A stretch of 48,090 nt of DNA. Origin: a virus. Its lineage: Duplodnaviria; Caudoviricetes. The notes under the pieces were generated by a model. The model was not told the origin of the DNA and did no database searches. It saw only the letters and a list, made by a program, of their open reading frames with translations. This document shows, piece by piece, positions 1 through 7,273 of the stretch (position 1 is its first letter; each line of letters opens with the position of its first letter). The stretch is taken from IMG/VR virus record IMGVR_UViG_3300020403_000020, positions 1-48,090 of that record; one strand, 5' to 3'. Both the position numbers and the translations under genes were made by a program.

Positions 1-444
1 TTCTCGTTTCATTGTCTGGTTACATTCTGCGGAATAGCTGCAAAGACGGAAGCACACACCAACGTCCAATCACGGGCAAAGGTGTGCGTGGATGTCGCAT
101 CCGAGGCGCTACACCAAGGCGTTGACCCCGTGCTGGCTGTAGCTGTGGCATGGCGCGAATCTGCATGGACTCGCAGCGCGGTGTCAAAGGCTGGAGCTGT
201 GGGTCCGATGCAGGTGATTCCGCGGTTCTGGTGTAAGTCTAAGCCGTGCGACTACATCGAGGCGGGCGTGCGTGCCCTCAAGTATTACACCGAGAAACAT
301 GGCGAGCAGGGCGGGCTCTGCGCATACCTTAGCGGTAAGCCTTGCCAGTATGGTGGCGGGACAGTTAGCAGATACAGGTCCAGCGTAATCATGAAGGCGC
401 TCAAGTTTAACGAGCTTTTCTCCAAAGTCTGTTCAGGCTGTTAG
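1..444 (+). CDS. Lytic transglycosylase (SLT domain); gene spans the window junction, true start ATG at 48088-48090
   Basis: SLT motifs AVAWRES and SKAGAVGPMQV. Frame 1 is open from base 1, and the terminal GGAGAGTAAGATG supplies an RBS and an in-frame ATG, giving MFSFHCLVTFCGIAAKTEAH... Confidence 0.85.
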   Translation, partial: FSFHCLVTFCGIAAKTEAHTNVQSRAKVCVDVASEALHQGVDPVLAVAVAWRESAWTRSAVSKAGAVGPMQVIPRFWCKSKPCDYIEAGVRALKYYTEKHGEQGGLCAYLSGKPCQYGGGTVSRYRSSVIMKALKFNELFSKVCSGC

Positions 445-500
445 CCCCTTTATTCATGCGGGTTTGCGAGCGTCGTGAAATGTTTTTTTAAATATTTATA

Positions 501-592
501 CTTTTTTCGTTTTATTTACTTGATTAAAACTAAATCAGTCTATATGATGTTCTTAAGAGTTGAGGGAAACAACAAACGGAGAAAGCAAAATG
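501..592 (+). promoter_or_regulatory. Sigma70-type promoter and leader, class I copy 1
   Basis: TTGATT(520-525)-N17-TATGAT(543-548). Upstream CTTTTTTCGTnTATTTAC-like tract and leader AGGGAAACAACAAACGGAGAAAGCAAAATG are nearly identical to 3800-3889. Confidence 0.75.
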
Positions 593-910
593 AGCAAGGC
601 AACCAAAATCAAATTCGGCGCAAACGAGAACTTAGGCAGCTACAGTGATGATAAGCGAGCGGTTTTAGCAATGATTAGTGGCGACTGGGTTAAGGTCGGT
701 ACGCTTGAGGCGCAGACAGACATGTACTACCAGAATGACGGAACGCAGCGAAGACTCGTTAGTACGTATTATGCCCGCATCAATGGAATGGCCTCTTGTC
801 ATGCAGAAGTACGAAGCGGTAGCCGATATACAGGCGGCACAGTAGTTCAAAGCGCATCAAGCGCCAAGGCGAAAATCAAAGCAGAAATTCTTGAAACGCT
901 TAACAAATAA
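590..910 (+). CDS. Hypothetical early protein
   Basis: ATG at 590 preceded by AACGGAG RBS, directly behind the promoter. Confidence 0.75.
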   Translation: MSKATKIKFGANENLGSYSDDKRAVLAMISGDWVKVGTLEAQTDMYYQNDGTQRRLVSTYYARINGMASCHAEVRSGSRYTGGTVVQSASSAKAKIKAEILETLNK

Positions 911-938
911 TAGCTACCCGCAAGGGCTGAAAGGGTAG

Positions 939-956
939 GCCGCCCTTCGGGGCGGC
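939..956 (+). repeat. GCCGCCCTTCGGGGCGGC hairpin (UUCG tetraloop), copy 1 of 4
   Basis: Identical 18-mer at 939, 3511, 4607 and, on the minus strand, 27584-27601. Confidence 0.95.
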
Positions 957-974
957 ATTTCAACGGAGATAGAT

Positions 975-1097
975 ATGGTCGGATGGGAAGGCTTAGAGCC
1001 TCACTACGTCAGGGTTCTACGTGGAGAGAAGGCGCGAACAGTAACGACAGAGCCAAAACAATACGGCATCAAAGCGAGGCAAGCTCATGGCATATAA
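975..1097 (+). CDS. Small hypothetical protein (40 aa), not in the ORF track
   Basis: AACGGAGATAGAT-ATG RBS; reads MVGWEGLEPHYVRVLRGEKARTVTTEPKQYGIKARQAHGI and overlaps the start of the next gene. Confidence 0.55.
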   Translation: MVGWEGLEPHYVRVLRGEKARTVTTEPKQYGIKARQAHGI

Positions 1098-1944
1098 GCA
1101 AACAAAAACAATCGGAGGCACTGCGGTGTCCGCCATTCTCGGATTGAATCCGTGGGCGGGACCGTGGGATGCATGGCAGCGAATCCTTCACAATGTGCAG
1201 CTCGAAACGAACGAAGCAATGGAGCGCGGTGCGCGGCTCGAAGGTCCGATTGCGGAAGTGTGGGGCGCGCGGTCTGGCTTGACGCTTGTGGAGCCATTAC
1301 AGGGCACTGTCATCATTGACGAGACGTTCAGCGCCACAGCTGACCGTATCGCGTTTAAAGATGGCAAAGCGCAGGCAATCATCGAGATCAAGACTGCGAG
1401 CAAGTACGCCACCATCGACCCAGTGCCCAATCACTATTGGCTACAGGTACAGCACTATCTTTGGGCGTATAAGATGGACCGCGGCATACTGGTGGCGCTG
1501 CAAGCATTCCCCGAAGTGTTCCGCATGCTAGACACTGCGGACGATGTTGCTTTTGCGTTATCGAGAAACGCGGCCCAGCTCATCGTCCATGAGATAGAGC
1601 GTGATCCAAACTACGAAACGCAAACGATTCCAAGGCTCCGCGCATGGTTCGAGCGGCACATACTTGGCGGCGAAGTGCCAGACGTGGACGGCTCGAAGGC
1701 GTGCCGTGATGGGTTGTTTAACTTGCACGAGGAAAGAACCGAGCAAGGCGAAGCCGATGACGAGCTGGACGCATTGATCAATCTGCGCATGGCGGTGCGC
1801 GATGCGGAAGCGAAACAGAAAACACAGCGCGAGTTGATTGAAAACCAAATCAGAGACAAGATGGCCCACCGCCGAAAGATTGTTGGCACAGATGTGTCGT
1901 GCACTCTTTCCAAAAACAATCGGCTGACCTTTAAGGAAAACTAG
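1087..1944 (+). CDS. YqaJ-like / lambda-exonuclease family recombination nuclease
   Basis: IGGTAVSAILGLNPW, MERGARLE, ATADRI, IEIKT and YWLQVQHYL motifs. Confidence 0.9.
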   Translation: MAYKQTKTIGGTAVSAILGLNPWAGPWDAWQRILHNVQLETNEAMERGARLEGPIAEVWGARSGLTLVEPLQGTVIIDETFSATADRIAFKDGKAQAIIEIKTASKYATIDPVPNHYWLQVQHYLWAYKMDRGILVALQAFPEVFRMLDTADDVAFALSRNAAQLIVHEIERDPNYETQTIPRLRAWFERHILGGEVPDVDGSKACRDGLFNLHEERTEQGEADDELDALINLRMAVRDAEAKQKTQRELIENQIRDKMAHRRKIVGTDVSCTLSKNNRLTFKEN

Positions 1945-1947
1945 ACC

Positions 1948-2754
1948 ATGCGGAGCCCATTGCGGTACCCAGGCGGCAAGACTCGCGCCCGTTCCATCAT
2001 TGTGCCAAAGCTCACAAGGCAGCGCGCTACACGGCTGATTTCGCCCTTCATTGGTGGCGGCTCCGTCGAGCTGGCGTGGTTGTCTGCAAATCCGCATGGC
2101 GTGGCCGAATGCTTTGACCTTTATGAACCGCTGGCAGAGTTTTGGCGTTATCTGTTGATTGACCCACAGGGCGTCGCAACTCTGGCAAAGATGCATATGC
2201 CCTGCGAGCGTGATTTGTTCTATAAGCTGCAAAGCAAACTGGGAGAGCTTCAAGGTATTGAAAAGGCGGCGGCGTTCTTTGTCTTGAATCGCTGTTCATT
2301 TTCAGGCGCCACCAATAGCGGCGGCATGTCGCCAGGGCATCCGCGGTTCACAGAATCGAGCATCGACCGCGTGCGTAACTTCCGCGCGCCTTGGCTGAGG
2401 GTCAGGCGGTACGACGCGTTTGAGCTGTTGGCAGAGCTGGCAGACGAAAGCCCAGACGATAAGGTCGTTTATCTTGACCCACCGTATGCCATTGAGGGCG
2501 CAGCGCTTTATGGTGACAACGGCAGCGCCCACAGGGGATTTAACCATCAAGAGTTTGCCAGGCTATTCCATGAACTTAGCGCACGCGGCTGGCGCATGCT
2601 TTTGTCTTACAATGATTGTGGAAGCATTCGCGCGCTGTATAATACCGCACGGATAGAAACCGCGTCGTGGTCTTACGGCATGCGCGCGGGTGATTCGTCT
2701 GAGGTGTTGATTTATTCGGAGACGTGGAGCCATGAAGCTGCCCATAGAGATTGA
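1948..2754 (+). CDS. DNA adenine methyltransferase, Dam/D12 class
   Basis: PLRYPGGK, SPFIGGGSV (motif I), YLDPPY (motif IV), LSYND. Confidence 0.92.
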   Translation: MRSPLRYPGGKTRARSIIVPKLTRQRATRLISPFIGGGSVELAWLSANPHGVAECFDLYEPLAEFWRYLLIDPQGVATLAKMHMPCERDLFYKLQSKLGELQGIEKAAAFFVLNRCSFSGATNSGGMSPGHPRFTESSIDRVRNFRAPWLRVRRYDAFELLAELADESPDDKVVYLDPPYAIEGAALYGDNGSAHRGFNHQEFARLFHELSARGWRMLLSYNDCGSIRALYNTARIETASWSYGMRAGDSSEVLIYSETWSHEAAHRD

Positions 2755-3103
2755 AAATAGCAAAGTGCCCGTCTGGTTGTCATACCTGGCGCCGATTGAA
2801 ATTCATGCATTTAGCTTTGGTCCGTTCATCTGGTGCCGCGGCACATTCTCCACACGGTTACGAAACCATGAGACGATCCACTGGCGGCAGCAGCTTGAGT
2901 GCCTCTTCGTATTTCAGTGGCTTCTCTATGGATTGATGTGGTTTTGGATGCTCATGGAATACCGTGGCAACATGCGCGCAGCATATCGAAACAATCCTTT
3001 CGAGCGCGAAGCCTACGCAAACGACGTTGATCCAAACTACCTGGAATCTCGGAAACTGTTTTCATGGGTCAAATATATGTGCCACCAAAACCGAGAACCA
3101 TAG
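2732..3103 (+). CDS. Hypothetical protein with HExxH motif and hydrophobic segment
   Basis: NHETIH...QQ, hydrophobic stretch, NPFEREAY. Confidence 0.7.
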   Translation: MKLPIEIENSKVPVWLSYLAPIEIHAFSFGPFIWCRGTFSTRLRNHETIHWRQQLECLFVFQWLLYGLMWFWMLMEYRGNMRAAYRNNPFEREAYANDVDPNYLESRKLFSWVKYMCHQNREP

Positions 3104-3171
3104 AAAACCGCAAAACTTCAAAACGAAAAAACCTTTGCAAATAGTGCACTTACACACAAAAGTGCATAAGT

Positions 3172-3261
3172 GTGCATTTTTATCTTGTTTTATTAATACG
3201 CATTTCGTACCTTTAGGACATGAGCAACGGCGCTCAAAAAAACAAACGGAGAAAAAAGATG
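3172..3261 (+). promoter_or_regulatory. Promoter and leader, class II copy 1
   Basis: GTGCATTTTTATC-TTGTTT(3185)-N17-TACCTT(3208), then TAGGACATGAGCAACGGCGCTCA hairpin and AACGGAG RBS; matches the reverse complement of 28136-28225. Confidence 0.7.
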
Positions 3262-3501
3262 AATACAGCAATGAGCAACATGATCCCAAAACGCATCGAC
3301 TTCAAATATACTTCTGTTGTCGCTTCACCGTGTGGTGCGTTTATTGCTGAGGCAAAATATCAGACAAACGGCAGGATCTATAAAGGCAAATTCGAGTTGT
3401 CCACAAACGGCACTCTTTTTGATTCATTGGACAATGCTTTGAAGGCGGCTGCCAAGTACGAGCAGACCATGAAAGAACTAAACTGGCAGCACGCAAAATA
3501 A
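3259..3501 (+). CDS. Hypothetical early protein
   Basis: AACGGAGAAAAAAG-ATG at 3259. Confidence 0.7.
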   Translation: MNTAMSNMIPKRIDFKYTSVVASPCGAFIAEAKYQTNGRIYKGKFELSTNGTLFDSLDNALKAAAKYEQTMKELNWQHAK

Positions 3502-3510
3502 TCAAAACCC

Positions 3511-3528
3511 GCCGCCCTTCGGGGCGGC
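3511..3528 (+). repeat. GCCGCCCTTCGGGGCGGC hairpin, copy 2
   Basis: Exact repeat, lying between a stop codon and the next RBS. Confidence 0.95.
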
Positions 3529-3547
3529 ATTACAACGGAGAAACAAA

Positions 3548-3790
3548 ATGCAGAACAAAAACTTGAACGGATTCGTAATTGTTGTTGAGCGCAAGGTGAC
3601 CAAAAAAACAACGCATCGGGATTTGGTGCGAAATGCAAACGTCGTTTGCGTTTTCCCTTGCGTGACAACGGCGGCGACCCACGTCGAAAAAATGGAAATG
3701 CTCGAATGCTTTGACGCGAAGGACCGTGTTTCCATTGTCCACGGCTCAGTTGACTTGAATCTTGGCTGGTCGGTCGCGGCAATGGTTTAA
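3548..3790 (+). CDS. Hypothetical protein
   Basis: AACGGAG RBS and an 80-aa ORF. Confidence 0.7.
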   Translation: MQNKNLNGFVIVVERKVTKKTTHRDLVRNANVVCVFPCVTTAATHVEKMEMLECFDAKDRVSIVHGSVDLNLGWSVAAMV

Positions 3791-3799
3791 CAAAATAAA

Positions 3800-3889
3800 C
3801 TTTTTTCGTCTATTTACTTGATTTGTACGAAAATCGTCTGTATAACTATAAACAGATGGCAGGGAAACAACAACGGAGAAAGCAAAATG
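3800..3889 (+). promoter_or_regulatory. Sigma70-type promoter and leader, class I copy 2
   Basis: TTGATT(3818-3823)-N17-TATAAC(3841-3846); leader AGGGAAACAACAACGGAGAAAGCAAAATG. Confidence 0.78.
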
Positions 3890-4132
3890 ACAAAGTTTGA
3901 AATCATCTGTGAATTGAGAAATGCGCTAGTAGCTGCAAACGGTATTGCAAACGCTTACCATCGCGAGGAGAGCATCGAGGCGGTTTTTGCGGAAGCGTCC
4001 GAACACGATGCCGACATGCCAGGGTTCTTAGTAGAGTTCAGGTCATTTTGTGAATTTAACGGGCTTCTGCCTGCTAGCCGTCCAGCTATCATTGCAGAGC
4101 GTGCCGTGCAGACGCACATCACCACCAAGTAA
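3887..4132 (+). CDS. Hypothetical early protein
   Basis: ATG at 3887 with AACGGAG RBS. Confidence 0.7.
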   Translation: MTKFEIICELRNALVAANGIANAYHREESIEAVFAEASEHDADMPGFLVEFRSFCEFNGLLPASRPAIIAERAVQTHITTK

Positions 4133-4158
4133 GAAAAGCGATCAAAGGAGAGAACAAG

Positions 4159-4599
4159 ATGCAGAACATCACAATCGAATCAGTAAGAGCGCTCTATAGC
4201 GACAGCGAATTTGTCGCGTTGGTCGAGAACGTGAAGCGGTGCCGAGCAGAGGCGGCTTGCGTGCGCAAAGTTGTCGATGCTTACACGCTAGCAGTTTTCA
4301 AGAGCTTTAATTTGATTGACGATTACACAGGTGAAAAGATTGAGCGCATGGAGGACGCGTGGAACGCCAGTGAAGAGTCATTCAGCGCGTATAACGAAAA
4401 GTGCATTGAGGCGGCGCACGCGGCTGGCTTTGCACATTTAGGCGAATGCTGCCCTGCGTTGATTGCAGAGCATGAGCGCATCAAGGCAGAATCAGCACTG
4501 GTCGAAATGGCGTGCGCTGCTTGGGGCTTCGGTCGCATCTATAATCTGGACTTGAGCAATCGCCTACTTTCGATGCTCATGAAGCAGTTGCGAGATTAA
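4159..4599 (+). CDS. Hypothetical protein
   Basis: AAGGAG RBS and a 146-aa ORF. Confidence 0.75.
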   Translation: MQNITIESVRALYSDSEFVALVENVKRCRAEAACVRKVVDAYTLAVFKSFNLIDDYTGEKIERMEDAWNASEESFSAYNEKCIEAAHAAGFAHLGECCPALIAEHERIKAESALVEMACAAWGFGRIYNLDLSNRLLSMLMKQLRD

Positions 4600-4606
4600 C
4601 CAGCCC

Positions 4607-4624
4607 GCCGCCCTTCGGGGCGGC
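4607..4624 (+). repeat. GCCGCCCTTCGGGGCGGC hairpin, copy 3
   Basis: Exact repeat 7 nt after a stop codon. Confidence 0.95.
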
Positions 4625-4626
4625 AT

Positions 4627-4656
4627 TTGATCAATATGCGTTTTAAGTGTTATTAT
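4627..4656 (+). promoter_or_regulatory. Putative promoter
   Basis: TTGATC-N18-TATTAT with TGn extension. Confidence 0.4.
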
Positions 4657-4690
4657 GAAAGGGGCACTGTGGCTCCTGAAAGGTTGCAGC

Positions 4691-4852
4691 ATGGCATCAT
4701 TGCGGTATGTACGATTTGAAAATGTATCACTCGAAAAGATTCACGATTGGTTCACAGCTCAAGGCTTCAGCATTGAAGGCAATCGGGCAACTTCCCGTTG
4801 CCGTTCGCGGGTCTGGTGTTTCAATGGACAGACGGCGGTCCGTGTAGTATGA
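4691..4852 (+). CDS. Small hypothetical protein
   Basis: ORF downstream of the putative promoter; start chosen at ATG 4691 behind AAGG. Confidence 0.45.
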   Translation: MASLRYVRFENVSLEKIHDWFTAQGFSIEGNRATSRCRSRVWCFNGQTAVRVV

Positions 4853-4859
4853 AGCCCAC

Positions 4860-5045
4860 ATGGGCACACATGCAACAGAATCACTCAAGCGAAGATGGCG
4901 GCGAGGCTATCCACCAGGCACTCCATGCGGCCCAATGGGCTTGCCGATTTCCTATTGCCTGAAAAGCTACGAAGACAAAAATCAAAATCTGTCAAAGGCT
5001 TGCCAAGGCGTGAGCCGTTCGCGGGCACACAATCCTCAGACCTAG
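4860..5045 (+). CDS. Possible small hypothetical protein
   Basis: Fills the gap up to the terL stop; no clear RBS and competing frames exist. Confidence 0.3.
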   Translation: MGTHATESLKRRWRRGYPPGTPCGPMGLPISYCLKSYEDKNQNLSKACQGVSRSRAHNPQT

Positions 5046-6517
5046 CGCATATCGCCAGGGCGCAAAATTCGGCGCTCTGTGGCGTTTCCGCTCTTGAATG
5101 CGGCGGCTGCATTGCGCACGGCCTCAGAGCCGCCCCAGCGGGCGTTTATCGCCCAGTATCGCAAAGCGTCGCACGCGTGATCATGCACTCCGTCTTTCTT
5201 CGGAATGTCGCGGCTTCCCGTCTGCCACTTATAATTCGTCACGGACTTGGCAAATGAACGGCCGCCCGTCTGCGTGCCGTAGTTCCAGAGCTGGTGCGAG
5301 CATAGCAAGCGACGCTCGCCCGCGTTGGTTTCCATAAGTCGCCACAGTAGACGGATGCCCGCGTTGATGTCGATTCGCCCAGGCTGGTCGGTAAACGCTA
5401 CACGCAGACCGAGCCCGCCCGCATCAGGTGCGGCTTGCACGTCTGACATGGCGCTGGTCATGTTTTGGTCGTCTCGCATATTACGCCCAGCGCGGTCGCC
5501 ATAGGCAATGTGACAGGGGATTGATCCCAATGGCAGGTCAGCGGTGCGATATGCTGGCCATATGCCAGGGATACCAAACGACGGTATGCCCTTTCGTAGC
5601 ATGCCGCACAAATCAAAAACGCTTGCGCGATCTGGGTTCGCTTCGCTCCAAATCACGTCGGCACCATTCTCTCCGATTCTTGGATCATGCGAGATAACGA
5701 GCGCAGACGGTGAGCGTACTCCAAAGTCCATGGTGACCATTGTGCGCATCCACGGAAGCGGCTGCCATGACTTTTGGGTGATGTTTCCGCGCGGGTATTC
5801 TTCAGGGCTCCACATGTCAAAGACGGCGCCTTCAGGCGATTGAGGCACGCAGTAAATATTTTCAAGAACTTCACGGCGCGAAAGCGTGCCCACCCAATCG
5901 TCAAAGTTTGGCAGGTTCTCACGGTTGACGGTAGACGGGCAGAGAAACCCGACACCGCCGCGGTCTTCTGCAAACCTTATCTGCCAGGGGTCGTATGTCG
6001 GCTTACCCATAAGGCACAGGCGCCCAGGGTTGCCAGAGCGCACACGTCCAAGCATTGCGCTGCCAACTTCGGAATCGAGCACTTGAGCTTCATCTAGAAT
6101 GCCCCAGCCGCAGTCGGGACCTTCGAGAGAGTTTGCTGCCATGCTTTTCCCGCTGGGACGTTTCCAAGATAGGGCCCAGACAATCGTCTGCCTTCCGTTC
6201 TTTGTTGGGCTTTTCCAGTGTGGCGCAGGTTGTCCCTTGTAGGCGTGATGATACACCCAGCCGAGCGGCTCAAGCAGCGCAGCCATTTCGGTGGCGATGG
6301 TTCGCGCACCGCGGCCCATTGAGTCAGTGACATAGAAACCATTGATGCCTGGATCATCTTCGTGTGAGAGGTGGCAGAGCATAGCCACAAGGCGCGTTTT
6401 GCCTACACCCCAGCCACCGCACATCGAGACAATCGGAAAACGCTTCGACAGCCACAGGGCGATGAATTTCATTTGTCCCTTGTTTGGCTTGAACTCTGCC
6501 AGGATGTTGTCAATCAT
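5042..6517 (-). CDS. terL: Terminase large subunit
   Basis: Walker A GGWGVGKT, Walker B GILDEAQ, nuclease domain MDFG...DHACDALRY. Confidence 0.92.
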   Translation of the reverse strand: MIDNILAEFKPNKGQMKFIALWLSKRFPIVSMCGGWGVGKTRLVAMLCHLSHEDDPGINGFYVTDSMGRGARTIATEMAALLEPLGWVYHHAYKGQPAPHWKSPTKNGRQTIVWALSWKRPSGKSMAANSLEGPDCGWGILDEAQVLDSEVGSAMLGRVRSGNPGRLCLMGKPTYDPWQIRFAEDRGGVGFLCPSTVNRENLPNFDDWVGTLSRREVLENIYCVPQSPEGAVFDMWSPEEYPRGNITQKSWQPLPWMRTMVTMDFGVRSPSALVISHDPRIGENGADVIWSEANPDRASVFDLCGMLRKGIPSFGIPGIWPAYRTADLPLGSIPCHIAYGDRAGRNMRDDQNMTSAMSDVQAAPDAGGLGLRVAFTDQPGRIDINAGIRLLWRLMETNAGERRLLCSHQLWNYGTQTGGRSFAKSVTNYKWQTGSRDIPKKDGVHDHACDALRYWAINARWGGSEAVRNAAAAFKSGNATERRILRPGDMR

Positions 6518-7196
6518 CGGTCGGAACGTCTGCCATCAAGTCAAGGTCTGCGGCCTTGGCCAGCTCTTGGCGCACACTGTCCACGATAAACTCAGCGACC
6601 CTTGGCGCTGCATCAGCGTCGGAGCCGCGCGCGTCAATGTTGATCATGGGTTGCCCGCCGTTCAGGTTGTTATCAGCCAAGCGCCACCAATCAACGATTG
6701 CTTTTGCTCTTACTGCATGCGGCACGTCTGCATCCGTTGCGAGTTTGAGCATGTGAGTCAGCGCCATGATTCTCGGCTTGGCATGTGCTCGCCTTACATC
6801 GAGGTCACGAATGAATTTCGCCACATCTTCATCACTGGCGCCGCTGAAGTCTTGAGCCCAGGCAAGACCGCCGACACCAACAGCCTGTAAGAATTTTCCG
6901 CGTGTCTCAACGTCTGCAAGATTATCCGACGCGCCAGCTTCGTATCGTTGCGAGGTGTTGACTGTCGTCTCGTCTTGATACTTGGGCACCGTTGTTTTCA
7001 TTTCGCGAGCTGTTGCGCCTGTTGTGCGTTCTGCATGGTACAGGGCGAAATCTTGAGAACGTCGCCACCGTGAAAGCGTGCCGCGGTTGATGCCTGTCTG
7101 TTCTTCGATTTGCGGCATGCTGTAGCCTTCGGACAGCATTTCAAAGCATTGCAACTTTTGCTCTTTGGTTGCGTGTGGTTTTTGTTTTTTCTTCAC
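6510..7196 (-). CDS. Putative terminase small subunit (N-terminal HTH)
   Basis: HTH-like GYSMPQIEEQTGINRGTLSRW; directly upstream of and overlapping terL. Confidence 0.7.
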   Translation of the reverse strand: MKKKQKPHATKEQKLQCFEMLSEGYSMPQIEEQTGINRGTLSRWRRSQDFALYHAERTTGATAREMKTTVPKYQDETTVNTSQRYEAGASDNLADVETRGKFLQAVGVGGLAWAQDFSGASDEDVAKFIRDLDVRRAHAKPRIMALTHMLKLATDADVPHAVRAKAIVDWWRLADNNLNGGQPMINIDARGSDADAAPRVAEFIVDSVRQELAKAADLDLMADVPTDD

Positions 7197-7264
7197 TTTT
7201 CAAAGCCCGTTGCGTTGGGTTGCGTTTCGTTGCATTATGGGCACAATTCCAGAAACGACGCAAC
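7168..7264. repeat. Phased GTTGCGTT direct repeats with one inverted copy
   Basis: GTTGCGTT at 7209 and 7219, GTTGCATT at 7229 (10-bp period), GTTGCGT at 7168, inverted ACGCAAC at 7258. Confidence 0.7.
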
Positions 7265-7273
7265 CGAGGCAGC

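Noticed and set aside
911-960. Multi-hairpin segment (CCC-GCAA-GGG, CTGAAAG, UUCG hairpin) as a hammerhead-type ribozyme
   Set aside because: It lacks the CUGANGA and downstream GAAA core in the required arrangement; better explained as the repeated hairpin plus a neighbouring stem
1558-2253. Long antisense ORFs (this 231-aa one, also 12746-13306, 19084-19593, 20383-20919, 37682-38293)
   Set aside because: Shadow frames of well-supported genes on the other strand; no RBS or recognisable motifs
939-4624. Repeated 18-nt palindromic sequence as a CRISPR array or integron attC sites
   Set aside because: Copies are separated by whole genes at irregular kb distances; no cas genes, no integron integrase and no attC-type core sites are seen
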